The notes: generated by a model not told the origin, from the letters alone. A DNA stretch of 64,000 nt from an uncultured Bacteroidales bacterium (GCA_963748095.1 CAVVIO010000012.1:23237-87236), one strand, 5' to 3'; numbered from the stretch's first letter, positions 18,918 to 28,759 are shown. Made by a program: numbers and translations.

Positions 18918-20687
18918 CTAAAGAAATAATTCTTTATACAATCCCCGGAAAAAAGCCCTGGCATTGATTCCCAAAACCCTGTTCCGGTAACCTCCTTCCT
19001 GCACAACAAGAGTGGGCAGATGAAGTGAAGCAATTAATTTGCCATTTTCTTCAAAATCTTTGGAACCGAGATTCCATGTTCCGGTCGGGTCGCCTTTGGC
19101 AGTATCGAGACCCAGCGCTACTACCAGAAAATCAGGCCTGTAATTTCCAATCTCTTTCAGGGCTTTACTCAGAGTCAACCGGTAAGCAGTTCCGTCAATG
19201 ATCTCCTGTAACGGATGATTGATATTGTAACCTGTACCTGCCCCCTCGCCTTTCTCTTCCCTGAATCCTGAAAAATAAGGATAGGCAAAAGAGGGATGAC
19301 CATGGATGGAAATTGTCAGCACATCCGCCCGGTTATAAAATATCTGCTGTTGGCCGTTTCCGTGATGATAATCCACATCGAGAATGGCTACTTTTCCAAA
19401 CCGGCTGAGATAATTGGCTGCAATTGCATTATTATTAAAATAACAAAATCCTCCGAATACAAATCTTTCAGCATGGTGACCAGGCGGCCGGGTAAGTACA
19501 TAAGCAGCTCGGGTCCCTTCAAGAACAGCATCGGCAGCAGTTAACGTGCAATTTACACCACGTCTTGCTGCCAGGTAAGCATTCAGATTCAGGGGAGTAA
19601 AGGTATCGATGCAATAATATCCGGCACGAACCGACAGTTCTTTTGGCGGATGTGCAGCGTTTCTTATGGGAAAAACGTAAGGATATACCGATTTTCCCGG
19701 TTTCATTTCACTGCAGACCTTCTTAAAATAATTGACATATCCTTTATCATGAACTTCCAGTATATACTTATCGGGATATTCCGAAATTTTACCCTGGCGG
19801 AACATTTCGGTATTTTCAATTTCACGGATTATACTGGTAATTCTTACGGGCGATTCTACATAACCTACTTCTTTAATGTGATGGAGCTCATGCTTATCGT
19901 TGACTACCAGGAATATTTTTTTCCGGGACATCTGAATTCCGGAAGAGATTTTTTCGGCCTTTTTCTTATAAAGGTACGGTCGCAATTGTATCGGATCGTC
20001 CTTGACTGAGCCCACCACATTTTTTATGTAAGATTCGGGACAATAGTCCCCGTATTTTCTCTCAAGGATTGCCCGGATAATTTTTTGTGCCGATTTCCCC
20101 GAAACCGGCGTGTTTTTTCCCAGATCGTCGAAAACCAGGTAAGGCGGACAATCATCTCCTTCTTTTACAGGAGTTTCGTATTTAGTGTTGATTACCGGCC
20201 GGGCTCCATATTGTTCATAAAATGCCAGCCGTCTTTTATTTTGTTCAACAGTTACTTTATTGGAACACAAGTCCGGATTATCGGGCAGGCATTCGAAAAA
20301 AATACCAGGTGAACGCAATGCAAGCGCCTCGTCACGAAGTTTTTCGTAAATCGCCCCACCTACTCCTGATGAAGTTTTTCCGGGCGAAACAGCCAGGAAA
20401 TCGAGATAACAAAATTTCAGGTCGGACATGAACAACAGCAGGGCAAATCCCCGTATGTTTCCACGTGTGTCATCGGCAACTATCAGAAAAGTCTGGTATT
20501 TGTATTTCAACGGATTAACTAGCTGTTCGGAAACCTCGTCGATCTTTTCTTCCCTGATATCCGGAAATTGTTCCCGGATAATGGACTTCACCTTGTTCAT
20601 TGCCTGAATATTGGCATCCAGATATGGATTTGAAATTTTACGTATCCGAAGCATATAATTTTTTACTGAAAGTATGAAAAAAATCAA
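18918..20687 (-). CDS. fusion of a GNAT-like acetyltransferase domain with a histone-deacetylase/acetylpolyamine amidohydrolase (HDAC) family domain
   Basis: The N-terminal ~250 aa carry a GNAT-like acetyl-CoA loop (LAVSPGKTSSGVGGAIYEKL). The C-terminal part has RPPGHHA, DVDYHHGNG and EGGY arginase-fold deacetylase motifs. The likely start is the Met at 20654. Confidence 0.75.
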   Translation of the reverse strand: MIFFILSVKNYMLRIRKISNPYLDANIQAMNKVKSIIREQFPDIREEKIDEVSEQLVNPLKYKYQTFLIVADDTRGNIRGFALLLFMSDLKFCYLDFLAVSPGKTSSGVGGAIYEKLRDEALALRSPGIFFECLPDNPDLCSNKVTVEQNKRRLAFYEQYGARPVINTKYETPVKEGDDCPPYLVFDDLGKNTPVSGKSAQKIIRAILERKYGDYCPESYIKNVVGSVKDDPIQLRPYLYKKKAEKISSGIQMSRKKIFLVVNDKHELHHIKEVGYVESPVRITSIIREIENTEMFRQGKISEYPDKYILEVHDKGYVNYFKKVCSEMKPGKSVYPYVFPIRNAAHPPKELSVRAGYYCIDTFTPLNLNAYLAARRGVNCTLTAADAVLEGTRAAYVLTRPPGHHAERFVFGGFCYFNNNAIAANYLSRFGKVAILDVDYHHGNGQQQIFYNRADVLTISIHGHPSFAYPYFSGFREEKGEGAGTGYNINHPLQEIIDGTAYRLTLSKALKEIGNYRPDFLVVALGLDTAKGDPTGTWNLGSKDFEENGKLIASLHLPTLVVQEGGYRNRVLGINARAFFRGLYKELFL

Positions 20688-20759
20688 CGGATAGTATGTT
20701 CTTACATATTAAAAAGCTTTAAACTTCCTAAAATAGCTCCATAAACAGTTACTAATTCC

Positions 20760-20767
20760 TATTTTTG
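20760..20767 (+). promoter_or_regulatory. -7 promoter box (TATTTTTG)
   Basis: It lies 28 nt upstream of the ATG at 20795. Confidence 0.4.
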
Positions 20768-20794
20768 TAACCGATGAACAATTAATTACTTCCT

Positions 20795-21028
20795 ATGTCA
20801 GAAAAGGATAACAATGATTTTTTTAATCCTGGTATATTACTGGAACTGGTAACTATGAAAATGCCATTCGGGAAATACAAAGACCGTATTCTTTGTGATC
20901 TGCCGGAACCCTACCTGCTTTGGTTTCATCAAAAAGGATTTCCCAGCGGTAAACTGGGAGTATTACTTTCCACGCTATATGAAATAAAACTAAATGGACT
21001 GGAATATCTGCTGGAGCCGTTAAAATAA
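20795..21028 (+). CDS. DUF3820 family small protein
   Basis: MPFGKYKDRILCDLPEPYLLWF...GFPSGKLG matches my memory of the DUF3820 signature. Confidence 0.65.
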   Translation: MSEKDNNDFFNPGILLELVTMKMPFGKYKDRILCDLPEPYLLWFHQKGFPSGKLGVLLSTLYEIKLNGLEYLLEPLK

Positions 21029-21192
21029 TGCCGATAATTTCCTTTTGCAATATTATTAATATCATGATTCACATGATTCTTATAAAGGAATTATTCTAAT
21101 AAATTAGTTTTTTCCTGAAATATTATAATATTTTTAAATACTTATTATAAATTCGTAATGAATTTCTACGAATTCGTATTAAACTTTACGAC

Positions 21193-21870
21193 ATGCCTCA
21201 AAAATACAAAATCATTCAACAATTAATAGATCTGTGGCAGGAATTCGAGGACCAAGAGGAAAATGCTGATTTTCAAAAATTCGGGGAATGGTTATCCGAA
21301 AGGCCGGCAGAAGGCAAAAAAAATACGTACGGCGAGGAGATTATAACAACAGATCAGATCAACATACCGTATATGGAAGGCATGGCAATAAAGGAGAAAA
21401 TAAATTTTCTATTATCCAGATTATCACGTTTTTATGATTTTTACACAAAAAAATTTTTTAGTAGTTTACCTATTAATAACCAATTGGAATTTCAGTTCCT
21501 TTTATCGTTAAACAAAAGCGGCATGCCCAAAAAAACGGAAATTATCAAATCACAATTGGTTGAGTATACAACAGGAATTGATATACTGAAACGATTGTCA
21601 CGGCTGGGATTGGTCGAAGAGTATAAGGATAATCAAGACAAACGAAGTATACGGGTTCGAATTACCTCCGAAGGAAAACGAACACTTATTGAGGCATTGC
21701 TTCGCATCAAAAAAATCAATGATCTGTTTTTTAAGGAAACAGACATAAAAACATGTCGTTTGTTGATAAATCCATTGATTACTCTGAATAATTATCATAC
21801 GATCCTGTTCGATAAACACTCGGGAAAAAATTATTTCGAATGGCTGGAACTGGCCATGCTTCCGGAATAG
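21193..21870 (+). CDS. MarR-like winged-helix regulator with an extra N-terminal region
   Basis: The residue ~100-170 segment LEFQFLLSLNKSGMPKKTEIIKSQLVEYTTGIDILKRLSRLGLVEEYKDNQDKRSIRVRITSEGKR has the MarR wHTH pattern. Confidence 0.6.
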   Translation: MPQKYKIIQQLIDLWQEFEDQEENADFQKFGEWLSERPAEGKKNTYGEEIITTDQINIPYMEGMAIKEKINFLLSRLSRFYDFYTKKFFSSLPINNQLEFQFLLSLNKSGMPKKTEIIKSQLVEYTTGIDILKRLSRLGLVEEYKDNQDKRSIRVRITSEGKRTLIEALLRIKKINDLFFKETDIKTCRLLINPLITLNNYHTILFDKHSGKNYFEWLELAMLPE

Positions 21871-21945
21871 TATTTAATACCTGTCCCAGGTATCCTGATT
21901 ACTATCGTGGGGAAAAATAGAACCAATTTATGAATTCATAACCCG

Positions 21946-24900
21946 ATGCGTAATACCCGTTATAAAAGTCCCGGTACACCAATAATCAACAATGCGTTGG
22001 AAATAAAAAGACTTTCTGTGATCAATGAAATCATTGCCGTATTTCAGAAATCACTTCCTTTAAAGGAGTCTCTGCTAAAAATATGTAACTTACTTCCCGA
22101 TGCATTCGAATTTCCTGAATACATTGCCATAAAGATACTCTATTCCGATTTACAGGTTCAGAACAAGAATTTTCTGGAAACCCCATGGATGGAACGCCAT
22201 CATTTAAAAATTCCTGGTAAAAATAAAGGAACACTGGAAATATACTATTCAAGAGAATATATAGAAAAGGTTGATAGGGAGTTTCTGTTGAAAGATAACC
22301 GGTTTCTCGATAAATTTATGACCATCATAGCCGGTGAAATATCAAAAAAGGAACTGGAAGAAATATTCAGTGACAATACCGAAAGGGTAAAAGAGCTGAC
22401 AGGTATTAACAGAACAACAGCCATTCTGAAAAAAGGAACCTCCCTTGAAGAATCACTACAGGAAATTTGTTCATTTCTTCCCGAAGCATGGCAATATCCC
22501 AGGCACACTGCTGTGAGGATAATATATGAAGACAAAATCTTTGTAAACAAAAAATTCAGAAATACCCAGTGGACACAACAACAGTGTTTCGAAACTCCCG
22601 ACGGTAAAAGCGGGTTGATTGAAGTTTTTTATCTCAGGGAATTTCCGAAAGAAGATGAAGGCCCCTTTTTGAAAGAAGAAAGAAACCTGCTGGATAACCT
22701 GGCCGCCCTTATATCCGGAACTGCCTCGAAAAATGCATTACAGCAATTACTGATTCAAAATACGGAACGATTGAAAGAACTCAGGGGTATAAGTCAGACA
22801 TCAGCAGTCCTGAAACAATCGCGTAATATAGAAGAGTCTTTACAGACTATCTGCTCTATTCTCCCGGAAGCATGGCAATACCCTGAATTCACCGTTACCA
22901 GAATCATCTATGAAAATGAAATATTTACCAGTCCTAATTTCAAGGAAACAAAATGGGTTCAGAAACAGGAATTTGAGGCCCCGAATAATAAAACGGGAAC
23001 CATTGAAATCTATTACCTGAAAGAATTTCCCGCGGCTGATGAAGGTCCCTTTCTTAAAGAAGAACGTCATTTACTGATTAATCTTGCAAACCTGATTGCA
23101 GGATCAGCTACCAAAGATGTCTTCAATAAATTACTGGCAGAAAACAAAGAACGGTTAAAAGAGTTAAGAGCCATAAACCAGACCTCGCGACTTATTGCCC
23201 AAGGTTTATCAATTGACGAAACTTTACAGAAAATATGTAATATTCTTCCAAAATCCTGGCAATATCCGCAAAATACAGCTGTCCGTATCAGATATGAAGA
23301 CAAGGAATATCTTACCCGGAATTTCAGGGAAACGGTGTGGATTCAAAAAGAGAACTTCATAACCATTGATAACAAGAAAGGAACAATTGAAGTTTTTTAT
23401 TTAAAAGAATTCCCGGATTGTTACGAAGGACCTTTCCTGAAAGAAGAACGACAACTTCTGATCAATATCGGCAAGTTAATCAGCGGTTACCTTAATAACT
23501 ACAAAGGAAGAGAAATTTATAATGATACTTTATCGATCGAACGAACTACTCATAAATCTATTGAATTCCGTGAGTCTCTTGTAAAAAACAAACAACCCCT
23601 TCAGCTATTCTTCAATAAGCAGGTGATTGACAAGTATATATATTTCGATATGATGAAATACAAGGTGAAGGAAATACTCTTTGTTGCCACCTTGTACGAT
23701 GCTTTTATCCTTGAAAACGAAGACCGGTTCTTTGAACAATTCATGGGGGAAATATATCAGTACAGTCTGTTTTCGTTGCCGAGGATAACAGGTGTAACAT
23801 CGGCAGAAGAAGCTCTGGAGTTGTTGGGGACTACCCATTTCGACCTGGTCATTCTCATGGTCGGCCTCGATTCGAAAACACCGATTGAACTCGGAAAAAA
23901 GATCAAGCAGAAGCACCCACAACTGAACATTCACCTGCTGCTTAACCAAAAAAGTAATATTAAATACTTTGAAGATCTTGTACCGACAATTAAATGGATC
24001 GAAAAACTTTATGTATGGAACGGGGATTCACAAATATTTTTCGCTATTGTAAAATCAATCGAGGATCATGCGAACGTGGAGGACGATACAAAAATCGGAT
24101 TGGTACGAATCATCTTGCTGATTGAAGATTCGGCACAATATTACTCAAAGTACCTTCCCATTCTCTATTCTATTTTCTTCAGTCAGGTACAACAGTCATT
24201 GGAAGAAGTTGAAAAGAACGAGCTGGAAAAAATATGCCGGATGCGTTCGAGGCCTAAAATACTTCACGCCCGAAATTATGAAGATGCCATCTATTTTTAC
24301 AATAAGTATAAAGATTTTCTGTCATGTGTAATCTCCGATGTGGAGTTTGAACAAGATGGAAAAATGAATAAAACAGCCGGGATCTGTTTTATCAAATATA
24401 TCCGTTCACATCTGATCAACCTTCCTGTAATTTTACAATCAGCCGATCCGCATAATGAAAAAATTGCACAGGATCTGGGTGTTACTTTCATTAATAAAAA
24501 TTCGGAAAGCCTGTTGAACGAATTAAAAAAATTTCTGAAGCATAATCTTAGATTCGGAGATTTTGTCTTCCGGGACAAAGAAGGGAACCCCATTGCCGTA
24601 GCACGTTCGATGCGTGAATTCGAAACCCTTTTCCAGCAAATACCTGAAGAATCGCTGTATGTACATGGAATTGACAATCAATTTTCGCTATGGTTCATGG
24701 CCCGTGGAGAGATTCAACTAGCCAAAACACTTAATCCAATAAAAATCAGTGATTTTGAGGATCTTGAAGAATTCCGTTATTTTTTCCTGAACACGTTGAA
24801 AAAGTACAAAGAAGAAAAAAAACGGGGTAAGATTCTGAATTTTGATGAAACTTCAATACTGGATGAAAAGAACATTGTTAGCTTCGCAAGTGGTTCACTT

Positions 24901-26559
24901 GGTGGAAAAGGACGTGGTCTGGCATTCATTAATACTTTAATATATAACCTCGATTTTTCAAATTATACCCGGGAGATAAATATTCGCACTCCTATAACGG
25001 CCATTATCGGAACCGATGAATATGAAAACTTTCTGGATAAAAATCATTTGTATGATAAGATTATAGATCCGAATGCAAGTTACCTGGAGATCCGGCAACA
25101 ATTTATTCACGGTAATTTATCATCCCCATTGATTAAGAAGTTAAAGGTCTTTGTCCGACAGGTTAACAAACCAATCGCCGTGCGATCATCAAGCCTATTC
25201 GAAGATTCGTTGACACAACCCTTTGCAGGAGTATTCGATACATATATTGTCCCAAACAATAACAACAACAAAAAAGTTACACTTGATCGCTTGATCACTG
25301 CCATTAAACTTGTATTTGCATCTGTTTTTTCCGATAATGCAAGGACCTATTTTAAGGCGATTCACCATAAAGTAGAAGAAGAAAGAATGGCAGTAATCCT
25401 TCAGGAATTGGTAGGTAACCAGCATGATCATTATTATTATCCGGAAATCAGCGGTATAGCGCAATCCTACAATTTTTACCCAATAGCACAGATGAAACCT
25501 GAAGAGGGATTTGCGGTAACTGCAATCGGACTTGGGACTTATGTGGTAGGTGGCAGAAAATCGTACCGTTTTTCTCCCACGTATCCGGCAATAGAAATGT
25601 ATACAACAGAAGATTTATTAAAAAGTACACAGGTAGAATTCTACGCCCTTGATCTTTCGCGTAAAAAAATTGATTATTTAAAAGAGGGCGAGCTGGCCTC
25701 TCTCTTCCTTCTGGATATAAGTGCTGCTGAGAAACACGGTACCTTGAAACATTGTGTTTCGGTTTATAACAGGAATAACGATAAAATTGAGCCCGGGCTT
25801 AATGCAAATGGACCATGTATTATTAATTTTGCCGACATTTTAAAATTTAATTATATTCCCCTGGCCGAAACCATCTCCGTATTGCTAAATACCGCAAAAG
25901 AAGCTTTTGGTGCGCCTGTAGAAATAGAATATGCTATCGATTTATCAGGATCTCAACATAATCTTCCTACTTTTTATTTATTACAAATCAAGCCGTTGGT
26001 GGGTAATCAGCTTCATGTGGATTTTGACCTTGAACATACCGATGCATCAAAAACGGTACTTTTTACAAGTTCGAGCCTTGGAAACGGTAAAATCGATTAT
26101 ATAAGTGATGTAATATATGTCCATATCCCTGCCTTCGACAAGATGAAAACCTTCAAAATGGTTAAAGAAATTGAATACATTAATAAAATGATGCAAAAAC
26201 AAAACAGGGAATATATTCTGATAGGACCAGGCAGATGGGGTACCAGGGATCAGTACCTGGGAATTCCAGTCGACTGGTCACAGATATCAAATGCCAGGGT
26301 AATTGTAGAAGTAAGCCTCTCAAATTATCCGCTTGATTCTTCTCTGGGATCACACTTTTTCTATAATTTAACTTCGATGAATATCGGATACTTTTCCGTA
26401 CTGGATTCATCAAAAACGGATTATATCCGCTGGAAGATGCTGAATAATCAAAAAATAATTTACCAGACAGATTATTTTCGTCATGTCCGGTTCAAAAATC
26501 CTTTAACGGTTCTGATGAACGGGAAGCAGAAAACATCAGCAATAATCATCAATGAATAA
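21946..26559 (+). CDS. 1537-aa multidomain signalling protein: 4 tandem sensor-like modules, a degenerate receiver, a canonical receiver, and a PEP-synthase/PPDK N-terminal-type ATP-grasp domain with a C-terminal extension
   Basis: The repeats cover 21985-23506. The REC-like segment is at ~23665-23990 (FDLVILMVGL, no acceptor Asp). The canonical REC is at ~24100-24545 (LLIEDS, VISDVEF, LQSAD, FINK). The ATP-grasp domain is at ~24880-25990 (GGKGRGLAF, VAVRSSSLFEDSLTQPFAGVFDTY). Confidence 0.7.
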   Translation: MRNTRYKSPGTPIINNALEIKRLSVINEIIAVFQKSLPLKESLLKICNLLPDAFEFPEYIAIKILYSDLQVQNKNFLETPWMERHHLKIPGKNKGTLEIYYSREYIEKVDREFLLKDNRFLDKFMTIIAGEISKKELEEIFSDNTERVKELTGINRTTAILKKGTSLEESLQEICSFLPEAWQYPRHTAVRIIYEDKIFVNKKFRNTQWTQQQCFETPDGKSGLIEVFYLREFPKEDEGPFLKEERNLLDNLAALISGTASKNALQQLLIQNTERLKELRGISQTSAVLKQSRNIEESLQTICSILPEAWQYPEFTVTRIIYENEIFTSPNFKETKWVQKQEFEAPNNKTGTIEIYYLKEFPAADEGPFLKEERHLLINLANLIAGSATKDVFNKLLAENKERLKELRAINQTSRLIAQGLSIDETLQKICNILPKSWQYPQNTAVRIRYEDKEYLTRNFRETVWIQKENFITIDNKKGTIEVFYLKEFPDCYEGPFLKEERQLLINIGKLISGYLNNYKGREIYNDTLSIERTTHKSIEFRESLVKNKQPLQLFFNKQVIDKYIYFDMMKYKVKEILFVATLYDAFILENEDRFFEQFMGEIYQYSLFSLPRITGVTSAEEALELLGTTHFDLVILMVGLDSKTPIELGKKIKQKHPQLNIHLLLNQKSNIKYFEDLVPTIKWIEKLYVWNGDSQIFFAIVKSIEDHANVEDDTKIGLVRIILLIEDSAQYYSKYLPILYSIFFSQVQQSLEEVEKNELEKICRMRSRPKILHARNYEDAIYFYNKYKDFLSCVISDVEFEQDGKMNKTAGICFIKYIRSHLINLPVILQSADPHNEKIAQDLGVTFINKNSESLLNELKKFLKHNLRFGDFVFRDKEGNPIAVARSMREFETLFQQIPEESLYVHGIDNQFSLWFMARGEIQLAKTLNPIKISDFEDLEEFRYFFLNTLKKYKEEKKRGKILNFDETSILDEKNIVSFASGSLGGKGRGLAFINTLIYNLDFSNYTREINIRTPITAIIGTDEYENFLDKNHLYDKIIDPNASYLEIRQQFIHGNLSSPLIKKLKVFVRQVNKPIAVRSSSLFEDSLTQPFAGVFDTYIVPNNNNNKKVTLDRLITAIKLVFASVFSDNARTYFKAIHHKVEEERMAVILQELVGNQHDHYYYPEISGIAQSYNFYPIAQMKPEEGFAVTAIGLGTYVVGGRKSYRFSPTYPAIEMYTTEDLLKSTQVEFYALDLSRKKIDYLKEGELASLFLLDISAAEKHGTLKHCVSVYNRNNDKIEPGLNANGPCIINFADILKFNYIPLAETISVLLNTAKEAFGAPVEIEYAIDLSGSQHNLPTFYLLQIKPLVGNQLHVDFDLEHTDASKTVLFTSSSLGNGKIDYISDVIYVHIPAFDKMKTFKMVKEIEYINKMMQKQNREYILIGPGRWGTRDQYLGIPVDWSQISNARVIVEVSLSNYPLDSSLGSHFFYNLTSMNIGYFSVLDSSKTDYIRWKMLNNQKIIYQTDYFRHVRFKNPLTVLMNGKQKTSAIIINE
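21985..23506 (+). repeat. four tandem ~128-aa (~384-nt) intragenic repeats encoding a sensor-like module
   Basis: Unit starts are near 21985 (divergent copy), 22381, 22765 and 23149. Each contains ER(V/L)KEL.GI..T, LQ.IC..LP.AWQYP, T.W.Q, G.IE(V/I)(F/Y)YL.EFP...EGPFLKEER.LL. Confidence 0.85.
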
Positions 26560-26564
26560 CTGGA

Positions 26565-27224
26565 ATGAATCAAATATCAGTAGTTATATATGATGAACAT
26601 AAGTTAGTACAGGAAGGTATCTGTTCTTTATTAGAGGATTCGCCGGATATTGAAACTAACATGTGCTCCAGTGATCCTGATTCCATTATTTATAGATTAA
26701 AAAATACCCTGGCACATATTTTATTAATAAATATTCATTTATTTTCAGACACATTACTAAATTTTATCAAGCAATTAAAAATTCAATATCCAAAGATCAG
26801 AATTCTAATACTTTCCGTTCACAATGATGAAGATATTATTATAAAGACAATAAAAGCAGGAGCAAATGGTTTTCTTTCCAATGATAACGGAAAAGCAGAT
26901 TTAATTGAGGCCATCTATTCACTATATAATGGTCATGACTATTTCAGTCAATCAATTACTCAGTTGTTACTCAAACAATACATTCAAAAAATTAAAGTTA
27001 AGGGTAAAAAACCAGAAGAAAAATATCAACTTTTAAGCCAGCGGGAGATTGAAATCATAAAATTATGGGGCGAGAGTTTTTCCAATAAAGAAATTGCGGA
27101 GAAATTATTTATAAGCATAAGGACTGTTGAATCGCATAAAAATCATATTATGCAAAAGCTTAACACAAAAAACAGTGTGGACGTTATAAAATTTGCCATT
27201 AAAAACAATATAATAGAGATTTAA
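26565..27224 (+). CDS. LuxR/NarL-family response regulator with a non-canonical (pseudo-)receiver
   Basis: The C-terminal GerE HTH is LSQREIEIIKLWGESFSNKEIAEKLFISIRTVESHKNHIMQKL. In the receiver, Asn replaces the acceptor Asp (HILLINIHLF) and Asn replaces the conserved Lys (GANGFLSN). Confidence 0.85.
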   Translation: MNQISVVIYDEHKLVQEGICSLLEDSPDIETNMCSSDPDSIIYRLKNTLAHILLINIHLFSDTLLNFIKQLKIQYPKIRILILSVHNDEDIIIKTIKAGANGFLSNDNGKADLIEAIYSLYNGHDYFSQSITQLLLKQYIQKIKVKGKKPEEKYQLLSQREIEIIKLWGESFSNKEIAEKLFISIRTVESHKNHIMQKLNTKNSVDVIKFAIKNNIIEI

Positions 27225-27406
27225 AGAGCCTAATACACAAAGCATTTTTAAGAAGATTGCGGAAATATATCAGTGAAACACGTAATATGAGGGGGGTGGA
27301 GTATCAGCTTTCGATTAGTTTATTATTTTAGTTTCAAAATCATGAAACGGCGCACTGAATGCCTTTCTCATAGTAGTTTGAATAAAAATTAAAGATTAAA
27401 AATCTC

Positions 27407-28759
27407 ATGGCAAATATTCTGGATGTAAAAGTCAATGATTTTATGGCAAAAATAATAGCCAAAAATCCCGGAGAATCCGAATTTCATCAGGCAGTAAAAG
27501 AAGTAACTGAATCATTAATGCCTTTTATCGAAGAAAATCCGAAATATAAATATGCAAAGATACTTGAACGAATGGCTGAACCGGAGCGTGTAATAATGTT
27601 CAGGGTGCCCTGGCTGGATGATAAAGGTCAAATTCAGATAAACAGAGGATTTCGTGTTGAAATGAGTAGTGCGATTGGTCCCTATAAAGGAGGATTACGT
27701 TTTCACCATATGGTCAATCTGGGTACATTGAAATTTCTTGCTTTTGAACAGGTTTTTAAAAACAGTCTGACAACCTTGCCAATGGGAGGCGGAAAAGGCG
27801 GGTCGGATTTTGATCCCAAAGGAAAATCGGACAATGAGGTGATGCGCTTTTGCCAGAGTTTTATGACAGAATTATACCGTCATATTGGTCCGGATACAGA
27901 TGTTCCGGCAGGAGATATTGGAGTTGGTGGTCGTGAAATAGGTTTTTTATTTGGTCAGTATAAACGACTTAAAAATGAATTTACCGGAGTACTTACGGGT
28001 AAAGGAATTGAATGGGGTGGCAGTCTAATTCGTCCGGAAGCCACCGGATATGGAACTGTATATTTTGCACAGGAAATGTTAAAAACAAGAAATTCTGATA
28101 TGCAGGATAAGATCGTAACCATCTCCGGTTCAGGAAATGTAGCACAATTTGCAACAAAAAAGGCAATTCAGTTTGGTGCCAAAGTTGTTACCCTTTCCGA
28201 TTCGAATGGTTTTATTTACGATCCTGATGGAATAGATGAAAGTAAACTAGCTTATATAATGGAATTGAAAAATATCCGACGTGGGAGAATAAGTGAATAT
28301 GCAGATAAATTTAATGCTAAATACTATAACGAAGACCGTCCCTGGAATATAAAATGCGATATTGCATTACCCTGTGCCATTCAAAATGAAATCGACGAAA
28401 AAGATGCAACCACATTAGTAAAAAATGGTTGTAAAGTTGTAGCCGAGGGCGCCAATATGCCTTCTACACCTGAGGCGGTTGAAATATTCCTGAATTCCGA
28501 AATATTATACGGACCGGGAAAAGCCGCAAATGCCGGTGGTGTTGCCGTATCAGGACTGGAAATGACACAAAATTCCATGCGCCTTCCCTGGAGTATTGAA
28601 GAAGTAGATAATCGTTTACACCAGATCATGATTAATATCCATGAAACATGTGTGAAATATGGAAAAGATAAACAGGGTTTTGTAAATTATGTAAACGGAG
28701 CAAATATTGGTGGATTTATCAAAGTAGCGGATTCTATGTTGGCTCAGGGATTAGTATAA
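27407..28759 (+). CDS. gdhA: NADP-specific glutamate dehydrogenase
   Basis: 450 aa with the GPYKGGLRFH and LPMGGGKGGSDFDPKG active-site motifs and a GSGNVAQ dinucleotide fold. Confidence 0.95.
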   Translation: MANILDVKVNDFMAKIIAKNPGESEFHQAVKEVTESLMPFIEENPKYKYAKILERMAEPERVIMFRVPWLDDKGQIQINRGFRVEMSSAIGPYKGGLRFHHMVNLGTLKFLAFEQVFKNSLTTLPMGGGKGGSDFDPKGKSDNEVMRFCQSFMTELYRHIGPDTDVPAGDIGVGGREIGFLFGQYKRLKNEFTGVLTGKGIEWGGSLIRPEATGYGTVYFAQEMLKTRNSDMQDKIVTISGSGNVAQFATKKAIQFGAKVVTLSDSNGFIYDPDGIDESKLAYIMELKNIRRGRISEYADKFNAKYYNEDRPWNIKCDIALPCAIQNEIDEKDATTLVKNGCKVVAEGANMPSTPEAVEIFLNSEILYGPGKAANAGGVAVSGLEMTQNSMRLPWSIEEVDNRLHQIMINIHETCVKYGKDKQGFVNYVNGANIGGFIKVADSMLAQGLV

